56,983 nt of DNA, taken from positions 1 through 56,983 of the IMG/VR virus record IMGVR_UViG_3300046007_005671, one strand, 5' to 3'. A model generated the notes under the pieces. That model ran no database searches, was not told the origin of the DNA, and saw only the letters and a list, made by a program, of their open reading frames with translations. Positions 17,104 to 25,501 of the stretch are shown piece after piece. The translations under genes were made by a program, and so were the position numbers. Position 1 is the stretch's first letter, and every line of letters begins with the position of its first letter. This DNA comes from a virus. Taxonomy: Duplodnaviria > Caudoviricetes.

Positions 17104-18825
17104 GTTCCGATCGTTTCGGTCGTTGATGCTTGTCCGCACGAACTCGCTCACATCTTTCTTCTCTCGCAACGCCTGATTTACGGCCGCATCTACAGTGCCC
17201 TCGGCAATGATGTCGATGTAGGTCACACTCCGCGTCTGCCCGATCCGGTGTGCGCGATCTTCGGACTGCTCGCGATCGGTGAAAGAGAACGAGTTCGAGT
17301 AGTACACCACAAGCTCTGCGCGGGTCATGTTAAGACCCACACCGCCAGTGGCCGCGTTACCCACAAGAAACCGCGCCTTGCCGGTTTGGAACAGGTTCTG
17401 CACGTTGTGGTCGCGGTCGTTCTCGGAAATGCCGCCGTGAATCTCTACCACCGCGTCGCGGCCGTACCTTTCGCGCAAAGCCTCGCACACCATCCGAATC
17501 TCCTCGATGAACCGGCACCACACGATCGTGCTGGCGTCGTTCTCCTCGGCTATAGCGAGTAGCTCCTCGACTTTCGGATTCTTTCCTGCAATGCGGTTAT
17601 GCGTGAACTTCGCCGCGTCGTAAAGGTCTGGGTTACGCTCAAAGGTGATGATACCTCCGGCGATCTCTTGGAGCCGGAGCATTCGCTCGAGCACTGTCTT
17701 GACGGTGATTCCTTGATCTCCAGATACCGTTTTGTCACGCTTAGCAATGTCTTTATATAGTCGTTTTTGTTCATCTGTCAGTTCAACCTCTCGGGTCTGG
17801 TACACTTTAGGTGGTAGCTCCGTCAGCACCTCGGATTTGCGGACTTGATAGATGAACGGCGAGATCAGCTCGATAAGCTCTTCCATATTCTGGTAGCCTA
17901 CCACTTGCCGATCCTCATACCCACCCATGATCGCATACCGATTGCGGAAAGAGTAGAAATCCCCGATCCCAATAATGTTTGGATCGAGGAACTCGAATTG
18001 CATGAAAATGTCCATCGGGCCATTCGCTACTGGCGTGCCTGTCATGATCACTTTGTAATTCGCGGATTTACCCAACTTCACGCAGTTCTTACTGCGCACG
18101 GCCGAGTGGTTTTTAATCATGTGTGCTTCGTCCACAATCATCCCGACACGGGTACTGCAGTCCACGAACTTCTGCGCAAGATGCACCGCGCCACCAGCCG
18201 CAAGCGACTCGGTGCCGACGATTAGGAACTTCAGCCGCCCATCGGTCGTGGTATTCCACTCCTCGAATGCCTTGGGCTTGCTGGTGTTTAGGATCATCGT
18301 GTCGCACTCCATCGGGCAGTGGATTAGCACCTCGCGCTCCCAGTTCTTACGCGTACTGAACTTGGTGACAATCAGCACCCGATCCACCTTGCTGTCCATG
18401 AAGTAGGCGGCAAAGAGATCGAGCGAGGTCTTGGTCTTTCCCGTACCCATGTCCATGTAGAACGCGAACGTGCTCTTATTCCACGCATGGTCAAGTCCCT
18501 TGAGCTGGTACGGCCGGGGTGTGGTCTTGAACGTGTAGACGGGCGGGAACGCCGCTACTTGATTCGTGCGTACGCGCTCGATAGTCGAAGTTGCAACCGT
18601 GCGAGCATCGTCTGTGAATGTGTCAGCATCAAAATTACCCAGCAGAAACTCGCTATTAGCCCGAAGAGCAGGAGCTGTCCACACGCGGCGACGAGAATCC
18701 CAACGCCGATTGGGAATGCGGCGAATCTTGTCCACCATCCACGGCGGGGAGTGAATAACGAATCGGCTGGTCTTTGCGTCATATGCGATCTGCACCTTAG
18801 AATTCTGATCGGAACTTGGGTTCAT
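17083..18825 (-). CDS. SNF2-family (SF2) helicase
   Basis: MDMGTGKT, DEAH, TGTP, GLN, QSEDRAHRIGQ. Confidence 0.92.
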   Translation of the reverse strand: MNPSSDQNSKVQIAYDAKTSRFVIHSPPWMVDKIRRIPNRRWDSRRRVWTAPALRANSEFLLGNFDADTFTDDARTVATSTIERVRTNQVAAFPPVYTFKTTPRPYQLKGLDHAWNKSTFAFYMDMGTGKTKTSLDLFAAYFMDSKVDRVLIVTKFSTRKNWEREVLIHCPMECDTMILNTSKPKAFEEWNTTTDGRLKFLIVGTESLAAGGAVHLAQKFVDCSTRVGMIVDEAHMIKNHSAVRSKNCVKLGKSANYKVIMTGTPVANGPMDIFMQFEFLDPNIIGIGDFYSFRNRYAIMGGYEDRQVVGYQNMEELIELISPFIYQVRKSEVLTELPPKVYQTREVELTDEQKRLYKDIAKRDKTVSGDQGITVKTVLERMLRLQEIAGGIITFERNPDLYDAAKFTHNRIAGKNPKVEELLAIAEENDASTIVWCRFIEEIRMVCEALRERYGRDAVVEIHGGISENDRDHNVQNLFQTGKARFLVGNAATGGVGLNMTRAELVVYYSNSFSFTDREQSEDRAHRIGQTRSVTYIDIIAEGTVDAAVNQALREKKDVSEFVRTSINDRNDRNLLGMLA

Positions 18826-20359
18826 CGACTTTCACCTCATGATCTTCGGTTATGGGGGCATACCAAACGTTGATGGGCTTGCCGCCCGGGATTCGGAGCT
18901 TGTCGTGGTCCGCGCCGCAGTCACGCCGGAGCGACGTCCACAGATCCATCCCCGTCATCACCTCGGCCTTGTTGCGCTTCAGGAATTCGGAGAATGCAGT
19001 GCCCCGGAACACGATGCACCGCGTGCCGTTGATGACCTGCACCACCGGGATGTTGCGGGTGAGTGCCTTGCGATCTTCGATGTTAGTGCCATCGGAAGTG
19101 AGGTCGGCTTTTTGCACGAACTCGTTGAACTTGGCGGCAATGATACCCGACGCGCTGGCCTCCTTTGGTACTTCAATCACTCGCAGTGTTGGAATGAGCG
19201 GGTCAAGGATACGACGTCGCCACGAGTCCTGCGTGATTTTCGGTATATTGATCTTGAGCTGTTCGAAGATCAGTGTGCCCATCGCGGCGGGGTCACGTAG
19301 GATAATAGTCGGGATGTTCGCGATGAGCTTCCCGTTGACGTGGATACCCCAGCGCGGGGGTTCGGATTGATACTCAATCAGCTCGGTGAACTGGGGCAGT
19401 TGGTCCTGCGCATCCAGCTCTTTACTCTCGTCGGTCGAGATCCCGAACTCGCGGGTGACACACACCTTGCGGTCGCAGAGCGATTTGCATGGCTCCTCGC
19501 TACATTTGTACAGGTAGTCCCGGCGCGACGCGGAGCGAATCACCTTCTTAGCCTCGGCGGGTCCCAGCGGCTTGTCGAACATCGTGCGGTTCAGGGCCAT
19601 CGCATCGTCAAAGAATGTGTCGGGACGGGCACGTTTGAGGTACACCACCACGTTGTACATCGAGTCATTGCGGGAGCCGGACTCCACACCCGTGTGAATC
19701 ATTTTCTGAATGCACGGCGGGGCTTCCAAATGCTCCCGGTGGGCCATTTCCTGAAGTGCCGCCACTGTTACCCGACGCGACTGGGCGTACGAGATGAACA
19801 GCTCGAACGACATCTTCTGCCCTTTGTCGTCGATCGCGTACCGCACCGTCTTGTCTTTGTCAAAAAACGGCAGGTTGATCCAGTTCCCCAGCGACTTTTC
19901 GCCACTGGACGTGGTCAGCGAGTCCTGCTTGGGGAAGATGTCCACGTGGTTCGGAATTTGAAGCATGTCGCGCCACGAATTCAGAAGCCGGATCACGAGC
20001 TTAGCCGGAAGGTACTCCTCGCCAAATAGGTACAGGTGCGCCCCGCCCGATTTGCTACGGGTCGCCACTAGCGGGAGCCGGTAATGCTCGATTTTCTCCA
20101 CGAGCTTGGGGATGTCGATGTCGGACCCATCCGAGCCTTTGCCGTGATTATCCACGTCGATACAGCCGAACAGCACCGTACCCCCATCCGTGATTGGGAC
20201 TATGCCCAGCCCCATCACCCCATCCAAATGGTCCGTGTAATGTTGTAATGTAACCTCGCTCTTCTCGGTCACCATATTGCCTGTCGCCGGGTCCCACTGT
20301 CCAAAGGACCGGAGATTCCCAGCGAACAGATTCGCGTAGTCCTGAACTAGACTAGTCAT
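18797..20359 (-). CDS. AEP-superfamily primase with PriCT-like region
   Basis: CIDVD, RSKSGGAHLY, FPKQ, GNWINLP; PPC...GSRND helical domain and Cys cluster; no P-loop seen. Confidence 0.75.
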   Translation of the reverse strand: MTSLVQDYANLFAGNLRSFGQWDPATGNMVTEKSEVTLQHYTDHLDGVMGLGIVPITDGGTVLFGCIDVDNHGKGSDGSDIDIPKLVEKIEHYRLPLVATRSKSGGAHLYLFGEEYLPAKLVIRLLNSWRDMLQIPNHVDIFPKQDSLTTSSGEKSLGNWINLPFFDKDKTVRYAIDDKGQKMSFELFISYAQSRRVTVAALQEMAHREHLEAPPCIQKMIHTGVESGSRNDSMYNVVVYLKRARPDTFFDDAMALNRTMFDKPLGPAEAKKVIRSASRRDYLYKCSEEPCKSLCDRKVCVTREFGISTDESKELDAQDQLPQFTELIEYQSEPPRWGIHVNGKLIANIPTIILRDPAAMGTLIFEQLKINIPKITQDSWRRRILDPLIPTLRVIEVPKEASASGIIAAKFNEFVQKADLTSDGTNIEDRKALTRNIPVVQVINGTRCIVFRGTAFSEFLKRNKAEVMTGMDLWTSLRRDCGADHDKLRIPGGKPINVWYAPITEDHEVKVDEPKFRSEF

Positions 20360-20386
20360 CGTTTCACCTCTCTATACGTCTATGTA

Positions 20387-20415
20387 TTGACACCACCTCT
20401 GTGGGCTGGTATAAT
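20387..20415 (+). promoter_or_regulatory. Plus-strand sigma70 promoter TTGACA-17-TATAAT firing into non-coding element A
   Basis: Perfect consensus with TG extended -10. Confidence 0.75.
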
Positions 20416-20442
20416 TATAACATCTCGCCATCGGAACAGCAA
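20414..20442 (-). promoter_or_regulatory. Minus-strand promoter TTGCTG-17-TATAAT for primase operon
   Basis: -10 overlaps the plus-strand -10 (TATAATTATA). Confidence 0.6.
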
Positions 20443-20451
20443 CCCCCACCG

Positions 20452-20692
20452 TTTGTTCCACCGTTCCATAGCAATGGAACACATGATGGAACACCCTCCC
20501 CCATTCGACAGACGGCATAGCTGTTCCACCGTTCCATGCGCACGCGGGGAATTCTCTGTCAACGCCGTGGTTCGATACGGGGGGTATATGATGGAACGGG
20601 GGGTACAACGGAACACGGCACATTCAAGCCCCGAAGGACGCGGGCTTCGAGACACCAGAGCGTTCCAGACGCCGTACCATCTTGATGGTACA
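20452..20692 (+). repeat. Element A: GTTCCA/TGGAAC hairpin array, inverted paralog of 56361-56615
   Basis: 8 exact hexamers plus variants; collinear shared blocks with reverse complement of element B. Confidence 0.85.
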
Positions 20693-20782
20693 GGTAGTCG
20701 ATTCTAGGGTCTTCTCGTGCGTACGCATGTAAGCGGAAGCCTCTCCGAGCGCATCGAAGAGGTGGGGAGCTATATTAGTAGC

Positions 20783-22837
20783 TTACTGGCCCATGGAACT
20801 CAAGGGAGAGGGCGGAGGACCGGCTGGCGGGGTCACCATACCGGATAGCTCCACCCTCGGCGGCCGTGTGGGGGCCATTGAGTCTTCGGGATATTGATCT
20901 TTGGGATCTCGAGAGGCGGCAAGGCCCCCGATTAGTGTGGCTCCGGCATTCGTAGCACGGCTCGAGGTGAGCAATGACTCCTCCTGCTGTTTGAGCGACT
21001 GCATTATACTGTCAATTACCGTGTCCACCTTAGCGGTCGGGGTCAGGAGCTTCTGAGTAGTTTGGCGAGCAACCCGGGGCGGCATTCCAATCATGTTCGG
21101 AAATTGGGCGCGGAGCGCATCCCCGGCGGCGGTGAAAGGACGACCAGCCATCAAGTTCGCGGCGGCACCCACCCCTGCGGCACCTTGGTCAAGGTCGGTA
21201 TCCAGTGGCGTCCGGCGGAACCCGGCCTTTTCAGTCTGGAGCATCCGTTGCTCTTGCATCAAGCGATCCTTGAACTCGTCAAATGCGGCGTCGTCACGGA
21301 AAGCGCGGCGTAGCTTCTGCTCGGCATCACGGGACAGAATCGACTTCACCGGATCGGCCGTAGGTCCCGCGACGCGAAGCTTCTCCAGCATCGCTTGGGA
21401 GATACCGGAGCGGAAAGCGTCGTACTCGGATGGTGAATCCTTGAATCGGTCGATAAGCTTGCGCATATCTAGCTCGGGCATCGTGTAAATCTGCTGGCCC
21501 TCTTTCATCGCTGTTAACAGCTCGGAGTCACCGGCAAATGTCTGCCGTGCGATTCTGTACTCGGGTGACGCCTTTTCCATATCGGCGAGCAGTCGCCGTT
21601 TCATATTCAGAAGTGTCGCGGCTTGGCCACCGCTACCTTCGCGCATCGCGTTTTCGATCATGTCGTCCAGCGCGATCTTGGTCTCGTGCAATCCGCGCAG
21701 GGTGTTGCGGGGGTCGGTGATGTCGATCTCGTTGTCGGCCATCCGCTTCGCGCCGATCTTCATCGCCTCTTTGAATGTAGGCAAGTTCCGGAGTCGAGCG
21801 ATGTCGGGCGCGGTCGCGGGACTGAAAGTCGGAGCACTCGCATAAGCCGCTTTGTAGAGCGGGTCAGCCTCGTCACTACGCTTCTTAATGAGGTCTAGCA
21901 CGTCTGTGTAGAAGTCTTTAGAACCTGACATCAACGTACGTAAATCTTCCGATACACGGGGGATGCGTTCCATCTCGCGGGTGACGAGTTCGGATTTACC
22001 AATGCGTCGCGCTGGCGATGGGGCGGCGGTTGCGTTGCGGAGCAGTGCGGCGGTGTTCTCGCCTAGATCAGCTAGTGTGATCTCGCCACGAGACATCGAT
22101 TGCATTTTGGCCAGTGCTTGGTCGGGTGTCATCCCGTCCTTTTCCAGTGCCTTAACTATCGCAAGATCAGCCGCCTTATTCGCATCGCCGAAACCCAGTG
22201 ATTGCTTGATCTTGCTAAACGCTGGCATCGCCACGTACTTGCCGAGCAGTCCCAACGTACCAGTGGTCACAGCACCGACAGTCGCGCCTTTGACTGCTTC
22301 TCCGCCCAATTCGCTGGGAGGCTTTTCGCTCGTACCGACAGCGGTCACGGCACCAGACCCAGCACCATAGCCCATCATTCGGGGAATACTTGGGGCTTTG
22401 CCAAAGAGCATACCAGCGAGCTTCGGGCCGACAGCTTTGGAGACCGATGGGACCGCGCCAGCACCACCGGTGAACAGAGCCGGAACCAATGCGCCACCAA
22501 ACTCTGAGGCAACCGCAGTGCGGGGATTTTCTTCTGCGTATTTGCGTAGGCCTTCGCGTTCGGCTTTTACTAAGTCTTCGTAGCTTTGATTGCCACCCAT
22601 CGAGCGCAACCGAGCGATAGCTTCATCCGAGAAGCCCATAGAGAGACCTTGGAGTGCCTGACCAGCCGCACCCGGAAGCATCGCGTTGGGGCGTGGGGCT
22701 TGTGGGCGTACCGGCGCGGCGGGGGCTTGAGTATCGGGTGTACCCGCCTTGTTCAGCGTGAACCTGCGAATCGTAGCCTCAGGCGTACCAGCGGGGAATT
22801 CGTAGATCTTGCCGTCAATCACTCGTTCGATGGTCAT
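20783..22837 (-). CDS. Putative internal virion/DNA ejection protein
   Basis: Ala/Gly-rich helical protein at end of structural operon. Confidence 0.6.
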   Translation of the reverse strand: MTIERVIDGKIYEFPAGTPEATIRRFTLNKAGTPDTQAPAAPVRPQAPRPNAMLPGAAGQALQGLSMGFSDEAIARLRSMGGNQSYEDLVKAEREGLRKYAEENPRTAVASEFGGALVPALFTGGAGAVPSVSKAVGPKLAGMLFGKAPSIPRMMGYGAGSGAVTAVGTSEKPPSELGGEAVKGATVGAVTTGTLGLLGKYVAMPAFSKIKQSLGFGDANKAADLAIVKALEKDGMTPDQALAKMQSMSRGEITLADLGENTAALLRNATAAPSPARRIGKSELVTREMERIPRVSEDLRTLMSGSKDFYTDVLDLIKKRSDEADPLYKAAYASAPTFSPATAPDIARLRNLPTFKEAMKIGAKRMADNEIDITDPRNTLRGLHETKIALDDMIENAMREGSGGQAATLLNMKRRLLADMEKASPEYRIARQTFAGDSELLTAMKEGQQIYTMPELDMRKLIDRFKDSPSEYDAFRSGISQAMLEKLRVAGPTADPVKSILSRDAEQKLRRAFRDDAAFDEFKDRLMQEQRMLQTEKAGFRRTPLDTDLDQGAAGVGAAANLMAGRPFTAAGDALRAQFPNMIGMPPRVARQTTQKLLTPTAKVDTVIDSIMQSLKQQEESLLTSSRATNAGATLIGGLAASRDPKDQYPEDSMAPTRPPRVELSGMVTPPAGPPPSPLSSMGQ

Positions 22838-24453
22838 TGGGGAGTCTCCCGTCCTTGGCTATCAACACGCACTCGGGGCATGCTGAAATATTGCTGGTAA
22901 GTCATGCGGTTTGGATTGATTGATACTCGGCCTTTGTCGTCACGTACCGTAATTGGGTTCGAATCTAAATACCTGCGCCATTGAGCTTCGGCGTAAGGCG
23001 TGATAGCACCATTTACGGCGGCGTAGTCGGCCATGTACTTGTTAAACTCCGCGTCGCGGCGGCGTTGAGCGATTTGGAACTCGAGCAGGGTTTTGTTCGT
23101 AGATGGTTCTTTATCGGAGCTGAACGTTCCGAGTTGCATCATCTTCACGTCCAAGTTCGACACATTGGAATCGCCGGGGATGCGGTTTTGCTTCGCGGCA
23201 AGTGCGGACAGTGAGTCGAACTCGTTGATCTTAGCGCGGTCGCCAGAGGAAAGCTTCGCAATGTCGCCGATCCCGAACCCGATTCCGTAGGTGTACCCAG
23301 TGCTGATCTCGGAGTTAAGCTTCAGAGCACGTTCAAGGTTTCGAATATCATCTTCAATTCCGGCAGTGAACGGCGAGATTTTTTCGCGAATATACTTGCC
23401 CGATTCGGTCAGGTCACTCTCGCGCTTCTTAGCCATCTCGATCTTGTTCAAACCCCGATAGGAAGTCTTTGGATCTATCGGCACACCGACATCCATGGCT
23501 TTAGTCACCACCGCGTTAATGTCGCCATTGCGGATGTGGTCGTCGATCTCTTGCTTTGTTCGAGTGGTTTGTGCAACTTGTGCCGCGATAGACGTGCGTT
23601 TGCTAGTCTGGTCCAGACGCACGTTTTCGTCCACGATCTTCTGTGCACGGGCACGGTCCCTCTCGTTAAGTGGGTCGCCACCGAATGTCTGCAATGCATC
23701 CGACACGAGCTTATTCTCGGCACGGAATTTCTCGCGTTGAGCTTCCTGTTGCGCTGTGACTAGTTGCGCGGGATCATTGAGGTTCAAGTTCAAGCGGGTT
23801 GCAATGTCGCGTAGGCTTTTGGTGTCCTCGAACATCTTGAACTTCATAGCGAACTGAGGGTCAGTCAGTGATACTCCGGATTGACCGGCGAATGCTTTCA
23901 TCTCAGGTGTCGCTTTGTCTATCGCAAGCAGTTCTTTGACGCGGTTAATACCTTCTGGCGATCGTGGGTTCAAACCCTCGGATTGCACTTGCTTTTGGTA
24001 TGCGGTCATCTGCGGGGTGAGCTTGGACACCACATTCAGGCCGAGGCGGGCGGCTTCTTTCTCTTCTTCGACGGCCTTGAGCGACAGCTCGTAGCGCATC
24101 TTGGCAAGCTGAGCATTGCGGTCGGCTTCAGCTTCTTGCGCTTTTCCAAATGCACCAGCGGCAGTGCCAAGTGATTCGCCAAAAGAGCCAGTGCGGGTGG
24201 GCGCTAAAAAGCCTTGAGCCAACGCGAGGTAGGTGGGGTCAATCCGGCCCTTGCGGTCTTGCAACGCTTGCTTCATGGTCTCGCGTGCGGCGTCCACTTC
24301 GGCTTTCGCGGCCTTGTAAGCGTCAGAATCGGCACCCATCGCCTGTCGTCCTAGAGCCGAAAGCGAGACACTCCCAATCTTCTCGGGGTCGATCTTCATC
24401 ATCTGCGCGAGCAGTGGGCTGTAGCCGCTTGTGTCTTCAGTAGGTTCTGCCAT
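22834..24453 (-). CDS. Putative internal virion/ejection protein
   Basis: Helical coiled-coil; position in operon. Confidence 0.55.
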   Translation of the reverse strand: MAEPTEDTSGYSPLLAQMMKIDPEKIGSVSLSALGRQAMGADSDAYKAAKAEVDAARETMKQALQDRKGRIDPTYLALAQGFLAPTRTGSFGESLGTAAGAFGKAQEAEADRNAQLAKMRYELSLKAVEEEKEAARLGLNVVSKLTPQMTAYQKQVQSEGLNPRSPEGINRVKELLAIDKATPEMKAFAGQSGVSLTDPQFAMKFKMFEDTKSLRDIATRLNLNLNDPAQLVTAQQEAQREKFRAENKLVSDALQTFGGDPLNERDRARAQKIVDENVRLDQTSKRTSIAAQVAQTTRTKQEIDDHIRNGDINAVVTKAMDVGVPIDPKTSYRGLNKIEMAKKRESDLTESGKYIREKISPFTAGIEDDIRNLERALKLNSEISTGYTYGIGFGIGDIAKLSSGDRAKINEFDSLSALAAKQNRIPGDSNVSNLDVKMMQLGTFSSDKEPSTNKTLLEFQIAQRRRDAEFNKYMADYAAVNGAITPYAEAQWRRYLDSNPITVRDDKGRVSINPNRMTYQQYFSMPRVRVDSQGRETPQ

Positions 24454-24484
24454 AATTGACCTTTACTTGATGCCACCGAACTCG

Positions 24485-25501
24485 TTAGTTCGGGTCGTAT
24501 TCTGTGAAGCCACTGTTACTCCCCGAGAAGTAATCATTGAAGCCCGGGCTACTGAACAAATTGCTGAGTGACGTGCCGAGCGAACTGAATGCGTTGCCGA
24601 ATCCAGCGGCGGCACTAGTACCACCTTGAGGTCCGGAAGCGAAGAGAGAGCCGAGACCGGCGATTTGGGCGAGTGGCGACGTGGAGTAGGCACCGGGAAT
24701 CGGGGCACTGGCCTTCTCGGACACTGTGCTCGGCACTTTAACATTCGAGAACACGTTGGCCGCACCAGTAGCGGCGGCAAGCGGTGCCATAATCCCGGTC
24801 TGCTCGAGCTTCTGCTCTTCACTGCCGAGACTGTACAGACGTTCGAGTTCTTTGAGCTTCAAGTCGAGTTCCGAGGACGCTAAATTGCGTTGAGTCTCGG
24901 CGGCGTTACGGTACAAGCCCGATTGCTCCATCGCGGCTTTCAATGCACTGTCGTAGCCCGATGCCATCTGCTTTGTTTGTGCACCCAGCAGGTTCGCTTG
25001 AGTATCGGCTCCTAACTGGCCCATAGCGTCGAACATCCGCTTGCCACCCAATCCACCAGTACCGGCGAATGCGCCTTTGAGTGATGGTATCAACGAGCGT
25101 TGAAGGCTCTGCTGTTGGAGTCTTTCCATTTCGTCCACCACACCGGGCATCTTCACACCTTTTGCATTGGTGTAACCCGAAATGTAGGGATTCATGAAGC
25201 TTTGAATCATCTCCGGCGTGATTCCAGCGGCGGCAAGCGCGGCGGTGTCGCCAGCGTCGCCCAGCATAGTCTCGTAACCGCGAAGCCCAGTGCCTTCACC
25301 ATCTTCGCCTTTAGCGTAGTCGAGAACGCTCGTCTGCAGGTCCGACATTGGAGCGACAAGCTCTTCGCCGGTCTTTTTCAGCAGTTCCGTGCCGGGTTCA
25401 GCGAGACCTTCAAGGTACGTCGTGTACCAGTCCGGACCAGTGGTATCGACTACCTTGGTCGTGTCAATATTCGGTAGGGGATCGCCTTGAAGCAAGCTCA
25501 T
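24485..25501 (-). CDS. Putative DNA-transfer/pilot protein
   Basis: FMNPY, Q/A/G-rich, GAFAGTGG segment resembling podovirus ejection proteins. Confidence 0.55.
   Translation of the reverse strand: MSLLQGDPLPNIDTTKVVDTTGPDWYTTYLEGLAEPGTELLKKTGEELVAPMSDLQTSVLDYAKGEDGEGTGLRGYETMLGDAGDTAALAAAGITPEMIQSFMNPYISGYTNAKGVKMPGVVDEMERLQQQSLQRSLIPSLKGAFAGTGGLGGKRMFDAMGQLGADTQANLLGAQTKQMASGYDSALKAAMEQSGLYRNAAETQRNLASSELDLKLKELERLYSLGSEEQKLEQTGIMAPLAAATGAANVFSNVKVPSTVSEKASAPIPGAYSTSPLAQIAGLGSLFASGPQGGTSAAAGFGNAFSSLGTSLSNLFSSPGFNDYFSGSNSGFTEYDPN

Noticed and set aside
20452-20692. CRISPR array (GTTCCA-starting repeats), also at 56361-56615
   Set aside because: Repeats are only 6-7 bp, occur in both orientations with irregular spacing, and there is no repeat-spacer periodicity or cas gene
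20372-20707. ORFs of 83-106 aa across element A, and similar ORFs across 56241-56775
   Set aside because: No convincing RBS, several competing frames, and conservation between copies looks nucleotide-structural rather than codon-based
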